Shown piece after piece: positions 38,006 through 48,176 of a stretch of 64,000 nucleotides of DNA. Both the position numbers and the translations under genes were made by a program. Under the pieces are notes generated by a model. That model was not told the DNA's origin. It did not search any database and saw only the letters and a list, made by a program, of their open reading frames with translations. The stretch lies in NCBI GenBank assembly GCA_039799905.1, contig JBDLRP010000034.1, positions 64,001 through 128,000 on the forward strand, read 5' to 3'. This DNA comes from Pseudomonadota bacterium. Its GTDB lineage: Bacteria > Bdellovibrionota_B > Oligoflexia > Silvanigrellales > Silvanigrellaceae. Each line of letters opens with the position of its first letter. Within the stretch, counting starts at the first letter, position 1.

Positions 38006-39210
38006 GACTTAGCCTCCGGCCGGACGATTTTTGTCACACACGTCCCGCGCTGCAGGCCCGCAAGTCCTGACAAATAGTACTTTGCGCACAAACAGCCGGC
38101 TGGTTGCGAGGAGCAAAAGGGGCCTGCCGCATCTTCGTTGAAGTCACGCAGGAGCAGGCTGCGCCCATGTGCTGCGAGATCCTCGGCGCCGCGATGGATG
38201 ATGGTCTTCAGAAATGAAATGAAGTCATTGTCGCTGTCGAGATTTTTCACGCGTGAAAAAGTTTTAGCACCTTTCGAATGGGCGAGTTCGGAATACTCCA
38301 AATCAACCTCAACGAGAGTCTCGATGTGGTCAGACACAAATGCCACTGGCCAGACAAGAAAATGTTCGATGCCCGCGGCGCACAGCCGTTCAATACTGCC
38401 CTCGGTGGTTGGCGACATCCATTTCACCGGCCCGACTGCACTCTGCCAGCAGAGTGTCCAGTCGCGTCCTTCGATGAGGTTCAACCTGCGTGTCACTTCC
38501 TGCGCGGTACGGCGGATCTGCAACGGGTAGGGATCACCCTCGGCAACGTAACTGAGCGGAAGGTTGTGCGCGCTGATGAGTAAATACTTGCGTCCGGCCG
38601 GCAGGCTTTGCCAACTTTCTTTGAGGCGCTGTGTCCACAAATCTATGAAGGCAGGTTCGTCGCCGTATGAGGCGAACGAGCGGATGCGCAGGCCTGCGAA
38701 GCGGCTGTCTGTTTGTTTCTCAGCTGCCAGTTCACGCAGGCTCGTGCCCGTTGTGGCGCGGGCGCAATGCGGATATTGCGATAACAACCAGAGTTCATCG
38801 ACGTTTTCCTGCAGGCATTTTTCAAGCACGCTGCGCGCGCGCGGCTCGCTGTAGCGCATCATCGGCGAAACGCCGGCCAACTCATAATGTGGCGAGTTGC
38901 CCGTGGTTGCGGGATTCAAACGTTGCGGTGTCACCGAGGCGAGCTGGGCGGCAAGTGTGGTCGCAACGTTTTGCGTGATGCGCAATTGCGGTGAGCCTCC
39001 GCCCATCAGCTGATAGCGTTTTTTGACTTCGTGAAGGCGTTTTCCAATGATTTTTCCGGCGACAAAATTTTGCAGGAAGCGGCCGAGCGGAATGTCGAGC
39101 AGATCGGGGTCGGTAAAAAGGTTGCGCAAAAACGGCTCGACGTCTTCCTGATTGTTGGGGCCGCCCATATTGTAGAGGGCAATCCACACCCGCTTTGTTA
39201 CGTTTTGCAT
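38002..39210 (-). CDS. hemH: Ferrochelatase with Cys-rich C-terminal tail
   Basis: NMGGP, GGGSP, MRYSEP, SAHNLP, GDPYP, QSAVGP.W, FVSDHIETLVEVD. Confidence 0.95.
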   Translation of the reverse strand: MQNVTKRVWIALYNMGGPNNQEDVEPFLRNLFTDPDLLDIPLGRFLQNFVAGKIIGKRLHEVKKRYQLMGGGSPQLRITQNVATTLAAQLASVTPQRLNPATTGNSPHYELAGVSPMMRYSEPRARSVLEKCLQENVDELWLLSQYPHCARATTGTSLRELAAEKQTDSRFAGLRIRSFASYGDEPAFIDLWTQRLKESWQSLPAGRKYLLISAHNLPLSYVAEGDPYPLQIRRTAQEVTRRLNLIEGRDWTLCWQSAVGPVKWMSPTTEGSIERLCAAGIEHFLVWPVAFVSDHIETLVEVDLEYSELAHSKGAKTFSRVKNLDSDNDFISFLKTIIHRGAEDLAAHGRSLLLRDFNEDAAGPFCSSQPAGCLCAKYYLSGLAGLQRGTCVTKIVRPEAKS

Positions 39211-39320
39211 GCAACACTCCGTCCGCCTGATGGTTCGCTTCAGCTTACTGTACAAAACTGCCTATGGTATATCCTGACACAATGACAAGTGTTTGTTGGC
39301 AGGACATTCGACAAAGGCGG

Positions 39321-39350
39321 TTGCCCTTGGAGTCCGGAGGCGCGTATAGT
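39321..39350 (+). promoter_or_regulatory. Possible sigma70-type promoter of clpP
   Basis: TTGCCC-N18-TATAGT, 50 nt upstream of ATG 39400. Confidence 0.35.
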
Positions 39351-39399
39351 CAGGGGGCGGAGTCCCGCACACTGACTTATTCGAGCAACGGAGTCGTCC

Positions 39400-39984
39400 A
39401 TGCCAAAGATAGAAGAACTCTCGGAACTGCTGGAAGGCAATACGGCCAAGCACCTTTTCCAACAACGCCTGATGGTGCTCAGCGAGCCAATCAATGCCAC
39501 CGTTGCCAAGCGAACAATCGAGGCTCTGCTGGCGATGGAAGCAGCCGATGCTCAGAAGGACATCTGGATGTTCATCAACAGCCCGGGTGGCGAGGTGAAT
39601 TCGGGCTTTGCCATCTACGACACGATGCGCTTTGTCAGACCAAATGTGAAGTGCATTGTCTCCGGTTTGTGCGCATCGATTGCAACGGTCATTTTGCTGG
39701 GAGCCGACAAGGCGCACCGCTATTCTATGCCCAATAGCCGTATCCTGATTCACCAGCCGTTGATTGGCGGAACCGTGCAGGGACAGGCGACCGACATCGA
39801 CATCACGGCGCGCGAGATTTTAAAGACACGCGAGAAACTTGTTGAACTTTACAACAAGGAAACCGGCCAGTCGCTCGAGCGTCTGCGCAAGGATGTTGAA
39901 CGCGACTATTGGATGAGTGCACAGGAAGCGCTGGAATATGGCCTAATCACGCGCGTGATCAACGGCTGGGGTGAAGTGCGCTGA
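39400..39984 (+). CDS. clpP: ATP-dependent Clp protease proteolytic subunit
   Basis: INSPGG, CASIA (Ser), IHQP (His), RDYWM (Asp). Confidence 0.95.
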   Translation: MPKIEELSELLEGNTAKHLFQQRLMVLSEPINATVAKRTIEALLAMEAADAQKDIWMFINSPGGEVNSGFAIYDTMRFVRPNVKCIVSGLCASIATVILLGADKAHRYSMPNSRILIHQPLIGGTVQGQATDIDITAREILKTREKLVELYNKETGQSLERLRKDVERDYWMSAQEALEYGLITRVINGWGEVR

Positions 39985-41475
39985 GCTGAGCCATTCTTGA
40001 AAAGCGTCTTCCGCACTTTGCAGGGCGTCGGCAACACCGACGCCTTTTTTATACATTCCCGCAAAAAAGATGTTTGGAAAATAAGCCTGAATCCGCCACA
40101 ACGCCTTTTGCCTCTCGTCGTGGCCATGATCGGCAAGTCCGACAGCATTATTCCAGCGGATGATCTCGATGTGCTGCGGGGATTCGCCATCCGGAATCAG
40201 CTCGAGCTTTTTAAGTTCGGAAAGTGTGTAATTCTTGAGTTGTTCGTCGCTCCATGCGGCAAGCGCGGGCTGACGATCGCCGCCAAGCAACACCCTGTAA
40301 GAGTATTGTCCTTCCGGAACGTGCTGCGGATAAATGGAGTGAACGAATAAGACTCCGAGCAGGCCGGTGGATTCCCGCCGCGCGAGGACGCCAAAACCAT
40401 CTTTGGTGAGGCTGGTGAGGTGGCCCGCAACGTTGACAACGACCAATGAATGGAGCGGAGTATTCTGCCAGAGCTTCCACTCTGCCTGCGCCTCTGCTTG
40501 CTGCCATTGCAATTCGGCGCACTGCCATGGGGCGGGAGTCCAGAAGACTGAGTCGAACTCATCTGTGCCATTGAGCACGATGCTTCCGTCGGTGTTGCGT
40601 CCGATGGTTTTTACGGGTGTCGAAAAGCGATATTCCAGCGAAGCATCCGCACGCTCATGCCAGCGAGCCAGCTCGCGTTCAAAGGTTTCTGTGAGTGTTT
40701 GCATTCCCTGTGGAAAGCTGAGCAGTCCGCGCGGCCAGCCGTGGCGCAGATTTTTCTCTGCAAGCACAAGAGCCGGAGGCGGTGAAAAGCGGCGTGCCAA
40801 AAGTCCGCGTATCACGCTGCCATGGTTTGTTTCGAGCTCGGGAAGGATGGGAAAGGCGTGGCGCACGAGAAGTTTTTCAGCGCCACCTCCCCAGATTCCG
40901 GTCGCCAGTGGAACGATCAGATTCTCCGCAACCTGTGCACCAAATCTGCGCGCGACGAACTGAAACAAGGTCTCGTTGGGTTCGGGCTGTTGCCTGGGTG
41001 CGCGAAAAATTTCAGAGAGCGCACGGAAAAGGGCGGCGATCGAAAGAAGTCCCGACGTCACCAGGGCCAATGGTCCGCCGAGTGCGGCAATCCGCCCGTG
41101 CGGAGAAATAACGTAACGCGTTTGCCGTCTGTTTTTGGCGTTTGCAGTAATCACGTCGGCGGGTGTCAGGCCGAGATCTTCAAGAGTTCTTAAAAAAGCA
41201 ATACGTGTTGCCAGCACTCCCTGTGCAGCGGCTTCAATCTTGAGGCCCGACTCAAGACGCCGCGTGCCAATCAGGCCACCGGCGCGCCCTGAAACTTCAA
41301 AAAAGGTGATTTTTAAATCACGTCCGTCCGCTCGTTCACTGTGCCAACGCGAGAGCAGGTGAGCAATTCGCAGACCAGTGCTGCCGGCACCGACCACCGC
41401 CACCCTGAGTGGCGGCAAGTCTCGCTGTTGTGTGCCTAAAGTCTGTGCGCTTTGCGCGGAGTGATTGCGGTTCAT
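39943..41475 (-). CDS. hemY: Protoporphyrinogen/coproporphyrinogen oxidase (HemY-type)
   Basis: GAGSTG FAD motif, RRFG, GMQTL, GFGVL, GVGVAD; near hemH. Confidence 0.85.
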   Translation of the reverse strand: MNRNHSAQSAQTLGTQQRDLPPLRVAVVGAGSTGLRIAHLLSRWHSERADGRDLKITFFEVSGRAGGLIGTRRLESGLKIEAAAQGVLATRIAFLRTLEDLGLTPADVITANAKNRRQTRYVISPHGRIAALGGPLALVTSGLLSIAALFRALSEIFRAPRQQPEPNETLFQFVARRFGAQVAENLIVPLATGIWGGGAEKLLVRHAFPILPELETNHGSVIRGLLARRFSPPPALVLAEKNLRHGWPRGLLSFPQGMQTLTETFERELARWHERADASLEYRFSTPVKTIGRNTDGSIVLNGTDEFDSVFWTPAPWQCAELQWQQAEAQAEWKLWQNTPLHSLVVVNVAGHLTSLTKDGFGVLARRESTGLLGVLFVHSIYPQHVPEGQYSYRVLLGGDRQPALAAWSDEQLKNYTLSELKKLELIPDGESPQHIEIIRWNNAVGLADHGHDERQKALWRIQAYFPNIFFAGMYKKGVGVADALQSAEDAFQEWLSSAHFTPAVDHARD

Positions 41476-41594
41476 AGAGGGCAAATCCTGTCGTACGGGC
41501 GAATCATCCGGACACTCACTGGCATGCTGTTCAATCAACAGCCTTCGCGTGTATGATTCCACTCTAATCAACAGCGAGCCAAGGGCCAACCGAC

Positions 41595-43574
41595 ATGACC
41601 ACAAATTCACTGCAAGAAGACGTTACAGCTGCTTTCACGGCGCGCTTGGCAAGACTCGAACGCGCCCAAGAGCGGGTACGACGCAGGCTTACCCTTTGGT
41701 CGCAGCGTGAAGATCGTTTTGCTCTCATCCGCCTGCTCACAGCTGTGGCCTTGGTCATGGTGCTGGCCGGATTTTATAAAAAAATGGACGCAGCTCAGGT
41801 GTTTTCTGGCTGGCTGTGTTTTTTTGTTGCGTTTTTTACCATGTCGGCGGTTCATCGCCGGCTCAAGCGGGTGCGCTCACGCTGCGAGGGGCTGGCGGCC
41901 GTCTTTGCCGCTGAAATGGCGCGTCTGCAACGCGACTGGCAGGAGATCCGAAAAAACAAGTCAGCTCATTTTGATCCACTTTGGCAGCGCTTGTCGCAGC
42001 AGTCGGCGGAGCATCCCTATAAGTCTGATTTCGATTTGTCCGGATTGCCGGCACTGTGGCTCGACACCTGCACTTTGGAAGAGGGAAGTTCGCAGCTGGC
42101 AGACGAATTATTGCTGCGCGGCTCACAGCCTCTCGCAGGCGATGTTTTGTTGCATCGGACGCAGCGTGCCGACGAGCTTGCGCGCCGCACGCAAGCGCTT
42201 AGACGCTGGGAATCTTACCGTTTTGGCAGCTGGGCGGCAGAGCTCTACAAAGTCCGCACTGAAGATTCCGGAGAGGGCGCTTCGGATGCCGAACAACAGC
42301 TGCACGCCGCCGAGGGCGACGAACTGAATCCGGAGAGCCGTCGCAATCTGCTGGAGGTCATGATCTGGCTGTGCGTGTTGCTTCAGCTATTCGTCTGGAC
42401 CGGTTTCTTTTTACCCCAGCTGCTCAGCTTTATGGAGACTGCTGATGTTCTCGTGCTTTCGCGACCGCTGACTTTATTCTTTCCGTTGCTGATTATCAGT
42501 ACCTTGATTTGGGAAACGTGGAGGCGAAAGGTGCAGATGAGCGAAGGCTCTCTGGGCCTGCGTGAGCTCAAGGTTCTCAATGCGCTTGAAGATGTCCAGA
42601 GGAGTATTCCAGATGCTTCGGGCAAAGCATTGGTGCCGGTATCCGCCGGTCGCCGGTTCCGTTTTTTGCGGTTGACGTTTGAATTGGGTGAGGTCCGCCG
42701 CAACCCGATTGTCTGGCTTTTGCTCAACGTGATTGTTCCCTACGACGCGGTGACCTTTGCCATCACCCTGATGGCGCATCGTGCCATCGATGGGCGTTTT
42801 GCGGACTGGTGGAAGGACGTTGTCGCATTTGACTTCCACGCAGCACTTGCGCGCGTCAAAACCGAAAATCATGAATTCGTTCGTGCCGAGCGCGATGACG
42901 CGGAAATCTCGGCCGTCTCGCTCGCTCATCCGCTCCTGCCTGCCCACCAGCGCATTGGCAATGATCTGCTTCTTGATTCTGCGCAGCGCTGCCTTCTGCT
43001 CACAGGCAGCAACATGGCTGGTAAGAGCACGCTGCTGCGTGCCTTGGGAATGAATGCCCTGCTGGCGCAGATGGGCTGTGTGGTGTGCGCGCGCAAGTTC
43101 AAGTTGCCCCGTCTTGAGGTTTTGTGTGCCATTCAGGTGTCCGACTCTTTGGAGTCAGGTGCCAGCTATTTTTATGCTGAAGTCAGGCGCCTTGTTCGGG
43201 TGCTCGAGCGCTTGCAGATGCCTCCTGATGAGAACGCCCACAGGCTTTTTTTGATTGATGAAATATTCCGCGGCACCAACAACCGCGAACGCTTTTTAGG
43301 CTCGTGGCAGGTGATTGAAGCGTTGCTCAAGACGGGCGCATTCGGTGTGCTGACGACCCACGATTTGGCACTCACCCGCTTGGAAGATGACGTCGAAGGA
43401 GTGCGCAATTTTCATCTGCGCGAAACGGTCGGGCAACAAGGTATGCTGGAATTTGATTATCTTCTCCGCCGCGGCCCCTGTCCAACGACCAATGCACTCA
43501 TTATCATGCAGCAGGCTGGTCTTCCCGTGGAGCTGAATTTTCAACCGCAGGAGGGAGGAAAAATGAATGTTTGA
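41595..43574 (+). CDS. MutS-related ATPase (domain V) with transmembrane segments
   Basis: HPLL, TGSNMAGKSTLLR, SYFYAEV, DEIFRGTN, TTHD; N-terminal TM helices. Confidence 0.9.
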   Translation: MTTNSLQEDVTAAFTARLARLERAQERVRRRLTLWSQREDRFALIRLLTAVALVMVLAGFYKKMDAAQVFSGWLCFFVAFFTMSAVHRRLKRVRSRCEGLAAVFAAEMARLQRDWQEIRKNKSAHFDPLWQRLSQQSAEHPYKSDFDLSGLPALWLDTCTLEEGSSQLADELLLRGSQPLAGDVLLHRTQRADELARRTQALRRWESYRFGSWAAELYKVRTEDSGEGASDAEQQLHAAEGDELNPESRRNLLEVMIWLCVLLQLFVWTGFFLPQLLSFMETADVLVLSRPLTLFFPLLIISTLIWETWRRKVQMSEGSLGLRELKVLNALEDVQRSIPDASGKALVPVSAGRRFRFLRLTFELGEVRRNPIVWLLLNVIVPYDAVTFAITLMAHRAIDGRFADWWKDVVAFDFHAALARVKTENHEFVRAERDDAEISAVSLAHPLLPAHQRIGNDLLLDSAQRCLLLTGSNMAGKSTLLRALGMNALLAQMGCVVCARKFKLPRLEVLCAIQVSDSLESGASYFYAEVRRLVRVLERLQMPPDENAHRLFLIDEIFRGTNNRERFLGSWQVIEALLKTGAFGVLTTHDLALTRLEDDVEGVRNFHLRETVGQQGMLEFDYLLRRGPCPTTNALIIMQQAGLPVELNFQPQEGGKMNV

Positions 43575-44352
43575 AGCAATAATTTTTCTCGCCGGTCCGT
43601 CGCGGCACGAAGAACAGGAGATGAATGCGGAGTGGCTGGAAGTGTGCACCGCTGCTGGTGTCACACCCTCCGTCGTTCCTGACAATGTCTATATTGCAGA
43701 TGGCGGATTGGAATCTTTTTTGGCTTGGGCCGACAGGCTCGATGCACTGTCGCTCTCGCGCATCCGTTCAGTTGTGTGGTGCGGAGATGGCGACTCGCTC
43801 GGCAAGCATGCCAAGGAGATTCTTGGCCACACGGCAGCCCGTTTCGAAGGGTGTTGGCGTGAACATTTTTATCCGACCAACAAAGACTTTTCAGACTGCG
43901 CGGCGGTTGTTGCGATCTTCGAACATGACGTGCGTCATTCGGGCGGACCTTCGGGTTCCTGTTGGTTGCGTGTTCACGGCGCAATTGGCGGACGCTACGA
44001 TCACGAATTGGCCAACCTGTTTGAATTTTCCGCCATGCTGGCGCGTTTATCGAATCCGGCTGTCGTTCAGCTGGGCCCGAATCGTACCGTGACAACGGCA
44101 GCTTTGCGGCTGAACATTGAATCCGGCCGGCAGTTTTCTCTTGTGCCAGCGTTCGCCAATCAAAGCTGTGCTGTCAGAATTGGTGGTGCGCACTACAGCG
44201 GTGAAGTATTTCTCCAGCAGCCTTCTCATGGTATCAGCAACACCGCCCTAAGCGGGCATGTTGTCATTGAACCAGTCAGCACTTCCGTACCGATTATTGT
44301 CATACTTCCGCAAGGGAATTTCGCCGATGGCAAACATTCAAAATCAAACTGA
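43567..44352 (+). CDS. Thiamine pyrophosphokinase-like protein
   Basis: ADGG, GDGDS, KDFSD, GGRYDHELAN, GISN. Confidence 0.8.
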   Translation: MFEAIIFLAGPSRHEEQEMNAEWLEVCTAAGVTPSVVPDNVYIADGGLESFLAWADRLDALSLSRIRSVVWCGDGDSLGKHAKEILGHTAARFEGCWREHFYPTNKDFSDCAAVVAIFEHDVRHSGGPSGSCWLRVHGAIGGRYDHELANLFEFSAMLARLSNPAVVQLGPNRTVTTAALRLNIESGRQFSLVPAFANQSCAVRIGGAHYSGEVFLQQPSHGISNTALSGHVVIEPVSTSVPIIVILPQGNFADGKHSKSN

Positions 44353-45484
44353 ACGACACGATGGCCTGAGTTTGTCGACTGCTCTGCAGCACGCCGGTGC
44401 GGAGCACCGCGTCGGCAGTGGTTTGCTTGGGGCTGTCGAGCAGTCGGTGACGTTTGCAACCGCTGCCGTGGACGACCTGCCGGTTTATGCGCGGCTCTCC
44501 AACACCGCCAATCATGCCGAGATCTGCGCTCTGATTGCCACACTCCACAAGGCACCGTCTGCACAGGTTTTTGCCTCGGGAATGTCGGCCATCCATGCGG
44601 TGCTGACTACGGTCCTGCGTCCGCAGGATCACCTGCTGATGCAGGAAAACTGCTACGGCAGTTCGCAGGGACTCGCGCAAAAGATTCTCTCCCGCTGGGG
44701 AATTGAAACAACCTTTGCGCCTCTCTCGGAGTGGAGCAAGTGCCTGCGAAAAAACACGCGAGCTTTGTTTTTCGAGAGCATCTCGAATCCTTTTTGTCTG
44801 CCGCAGGATTTTCAATTGGCTCTTGCTGCGAAAAAGATCAGCGGGGCAACACTCATCTGCGACAACACGTTCGCAGGCCCCGTCAACTGCCGTCCTTATG
44901 AAGCGGGTGTCGATATCGTAATCGAGAGTGCTACGAAGTACCTCAACGGACACTCCGATTTGGTTTGTGGGGCAGTGGCTTGCTCGGCTGAATTTTCGGA
45001 GCAGCTTGCCGTGACGTCGATGTACGTTGGAGGCTTTTTGTCGGCAGCCGGTTGTATGCAGCTGGCGCGTGGTTTGCGCACGCTGCAGGTGCGCATGCGT
45101 GCGCACAATGAAAACGGCCGCGAATTCGCAAGGCGCATGAGCCGTCTTGAGGGAGTCGCAGAGGTCTTTCACGGCTCGCTCTCGCACGAGGGATCTGAGT
45201 TCTTCTCCGATTTTGGCGGCATGGTCGGTGTTCGCTTTGCACAGGGAATTGATGTGGCAAAGCTCATGCGGAGCTTCACACTGATTAGTGACGTTCCAAG
45301 TTTGGGCGGCACTGAAACAACCGCATGCATTCCATGGTGGACCACCAACCGCTGGATGGCTGATGCCGAAAAAGCACGATTAAAAATCGATCCGCAGCTT
45401 GTCCGCTTCAGCATCGGGCTTGAAGCGGTGGAAGAGCTTGTCGATGATGTCGCGAAGGCAATTCAAATCGTCGGAACCAGATAG
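44327..45484 (+). CDS. PLP-dependent trans-sulfuration enzyme (cystathionine gamma-synthase/lyase family)
   Basis: YARLSN, FASGMSA, DNTF, SATKYLNGHSD, SLGG, RFSIGLE. Confidence 0.92.
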   Translation: MANIQNQTERHDGLSLSTALQHAGAEHRVGSGLLGAVEQSVTFATAAVDDLPVYARLSNTANHAEICALIATLHKAPSAQVFASGMSAIHAVLTTVLRPQDHLLMQENCYGSSQGLAQKILSRWGIETTFAPLSEWSKCLRKNTRALFFESISNPFCLPQDFQLALAAKKISGATLICDNTFAGPVNCRPYEAGVDIVIESATKYLNGHSDLVCGAVACSAEFSEQLAVTSMYVGGFLSAAGCMQLARGLRTLQVRMRAHNENGREFARRMSRLEGVAEVFHGSLSHEGSEFFSDFGGMVGVRFAQGIDVAKLMRSFTLISDVPSLGGTETTACIPWWTTNRWMADAEKARLKIDPQLVRFSIGLEAVEELVDDVAKAIQIVGTR

Positions 45485-45506
45485 TGCAAATGTAACGACG
45501 GTTTTC

Positions 45507-48176
45507 TCAGGCCGGCCTGCGCAATACGCGGAACGGAGCTTGCCTGAGAATGAGGATGGCCGACACAAAGGCCGCCGCACAGCAGATTGCGATGATTGCC
45601 CCTGCAATGGTGAATCCGGGGAGAAGGGCGATGTTGAGCTGGTCGTCGACAGTGAGGATAGTTTTTTGGACCATCATGCTGAGCAGCCAGCTTGCCGCCA
45701 TGCCAATCGTGCATCCGGCCACGGAGAGCAGAAGAAATTCGCCGAAGATGGCCCTCAGCACCAGCGAGTTGTTAGCTCCTAAACACCGGTAAAGTGAGAA
45801 ATTCTGCGCGCGCAGCGAGAACGAAGTCCATGCGCTGAGAATGGTGTTCAATAGCCCTCCCGCAAACAGCAGGATGGTTAAAAAGCGGACAATTTCGAGA
45901 GCGGCGTTCAGCAGCTTCGTTGCCATCGCGGCGAGTTCGCTCGCGTCGATGGTGGTGATTCCGGGATGATTGTCGAACATGGCATTTACGGTTGCGAGTC
46001 GCTGTTGCGGGTCGGCGATATTGACCGCTAAAATTCCACTGTAAGGTGCATCTTGCAGAGTGCTTGGGTGCATGACAAAGAAAAAGTTCGGACGGAAACT
46101 CTGCCAGCGCACACGCCGCAGGCTCGTCACCTTCACGCGGACTGGCACTCCTTGCACATCAAAAATGAGAGTATCGCCAAGATTCAAATTCAGGTTTTTG
46201 GCCAATCCGGCTTCAAGTGAAACTTCGTTCAGGGCAATGCCGGCGGAATCCTTTTTCCAAAATTGTCCGGCGATGACTTCCTCAGCGTCGTCTCCGGACA
46301 GAAGTGTTGCTCGGCTGGTCAGGTTTTGTTCGCGGTTGAGAAGACGCTGTGCGCGCGTGAATTCTTCCGTTCCCTCACGGAACTGAGCGAGCCATTCTTC
46401 AGTTGATTTGTTGTTGACCGAGGCCAGCCGCGCACGTGTGATGCGCTCTGAAAGAATATTCTTGTCAGTTTTCCCGCCAGAGAGAATTTTTTCAATGCCG
46501 ATCATTGCATCTGCCGGTGCGTCCAGAACGAAAATGTTTGGCCGCAAGTTGCCTGAGGTGACCGAAGTGATCTGTCCAACGATGTTGCTGCGCAGATCCC
46601 AGAGGAACACAAGAAGACAAACAGACAAACCAAACAGCAGAAGGCTCAGGGCACTTTGCGAAGGGCGCGCGGCGATCTCGCTGCCGGCAAGCCGGAGCGA
46701 CAATGGCAGACTGATGTTTGGACTCAGGCCCAGCCGGCTGATGACAAGCACGACAATACGGATCGCTAAATAAAGTCCTGTGAGCACGACAACCAAAAGC
46801 AGGTTGAAGGCGGTCTCGTTCGAAATGAGGAAAGACAAAAGCAGGGCTGTCAGCAGCCATACCAAATCGGGAAAGTTTTCCAGCACGGCAATCGCACGCA
46901 GGACCGTCTTTTTGATGAGCGGATCGTTGGGCGCGGCCACACTGAGAATGGACGGACGTTGTGGAATACGCCGCAGATACGAGAGTGCACCCGGAAGAAT
47001 CAATGAGAAGATAAGCAGGAATGAAGCGAGCGCAAATTTGAAGGCGATGGCTGAGTTGCTGACGAGCGAGACGTCTGCAGCGCTGCCGGTGAACCATTGA
47101 TTGAGCCTGCCGCTGATTTCTGTTTGAAACAGAATTTGCCCAAACCATGCACCGAGCGACAAGGCAAGCGCCAGAATCAAAAGAACGTTGCCGACGTAGA
47201 GCAGAGTGAGCAGACTGCGCGGCGCACCGAGGTTGGAAAGAATCTGCGCATCGGCCTGTTTGCGCTTGAGATAAGAATGGATTCCCTGCGCGCTGCCGAG
47301 TCCGAGCAGCAACAGTGCTGCAAAGCCGATGGCATTAAAGAATAAAAACAAGCTGCGTGCGGGTTTGAATGCGGCATTCAGCGCATCTTCCTTGGTCCGC
47401 ACAGCCGGTCGGAAGGATTCAATTTTACCGATTTCACTGCGCAGCCACTCGGTTGAGCTCTGTATTGAAGTCTGTGCTGGAAACTGAATGAGCAGTCGAT
47501 CGCGCAGACGGGATTGCAGCGAAATGAGTCTTAGTTTGATTGCGACATCGCGTGCCATGTAGATCCGCGAGCCAAGACTGAAGCTGGCGAAGTCTCTCGT
47601 CTGGTCGTTTTCAACAAGTCCAGCAACCGGGAAAATCCGCTTGCCGATGCGCAACGCTTTGCGTTCGCCCAGCAGTTTTTGCAAAGCCTTTTCAGAAGTC
47701 TCGGCATATGACTTCTCGCCCGCAACCTGCAGCCCGTGCGTGTCGGCCAAACTTTTTTCAACGAGGACTGCGCCACTGCGCAAAGTTTCATAAGTGAATT
47801 TCGGTTGTACCCTCAATCCAGGAACCAACGGGTAAGAATCGTCGATGGCGAGAATTTCGCTCAGGCGTGCACGTGAGTTGGGCGTGAAGCTTGCCATACT
47901 GACAAACGACGTGATTCTGCTTTTTCGTGCAATTTTTGCAGAATCCTGAATGCTGTCGAGAAAATTTTCTGGCAACAGACGAACGTCCGAAACCTCGGCG
48001 TCACCACCTAGAATTGAATCCGCTTGACGGCGCGTTTGTGCCTCAAGGCGCGCGTCGGCCAGCAGGAGAGCCGTCAAGGCAGTCATACCGATGCACAGCG
48101 TGATGGCCGCAAGGAATAATTTTTTCCAAGATGATCTGATTTCCCGCTGAAATGCCGGCCAAAACCAGTGATTCAT
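45507..48176 (-). CDS. ABC transporter permease, YbbP-like (double FtsX)
   Basis: LGGD, PNIFVLD, SLRRVRWQSFRPNFF; cotranscribed with an ATPase and divergent from a TesA-like gene. Confidence 0.88.
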   Translation of the reverse strand: MNHWFWPAFQREIRSSWKKLFLAAITLCIGMTALTALLLADARLEAQTRRQADSILGGDAEVSDVRLLPENFLDSIQDSAKIARKSRITSFVSMASFTPNSRARLSEILAIDDSYPLVPGLRVQPKFTYETLRSGAVLVEKSLADTHGLQVAGEKSYAETSEKALQKLLGERKALRIGKRIFPVAGLVENDQTRDFASFSLGSRIYMARDVAIKLRLISLQSRLRDRLLIQFPAQTSIQSSTEWLRSEIGKIESFRPAVRTKEDALNAAFKPARSLFLFFNAIGFAALLLLGLGSAQGIHSYLKRKQADAQILSNLGAPRSLLTLLYVGNVLLILALALSLGAWFGQILFQTEISGRLNQWFTGSAADVSLVSNSAIAFKFALASFLLIFSLILPGALSYLRRIPQRPSILSVAAPNDPLIKKTVLRAIAVLENFPDLVWLLTALLLSFLISNETAFNLLLVVVLTGLYLAIRIVVLVISRLGLSPNISLPLSLRLAGSEIAARPSQSALSLLLFGLSVCLLVFLWDLRSNIVGQITSVTSGNLRPNIFVLDAPADAMIGIEKILSGGKTDKNILSERITRARLASVNNKSTEEWLAQFREGTEEFTRAQRLLNREQNLTSRATLLSGDDAEEVIAGQFWKKDSAGIALNEVSLEAGLAKNLNLNLGDTLIFDVQGVPVRVKVTSLRRVRWQSFRPNFFFVMHPSTLQDAPYSGILAVNIADPQQRLATVNAMFDNHPGITTIDASELAAMATKLLNAALEIVRFLTILLFAGGLLNTILSAWTSFSLRAQNFSLYRCLGANNSLVLRAIFGEFLLLSVAGCTIGMAASWLLSMMVQKTILTVDDQLNIALLPGFTIAGAIIAICCAAAFVSAILILRQAPFRVLRRPA

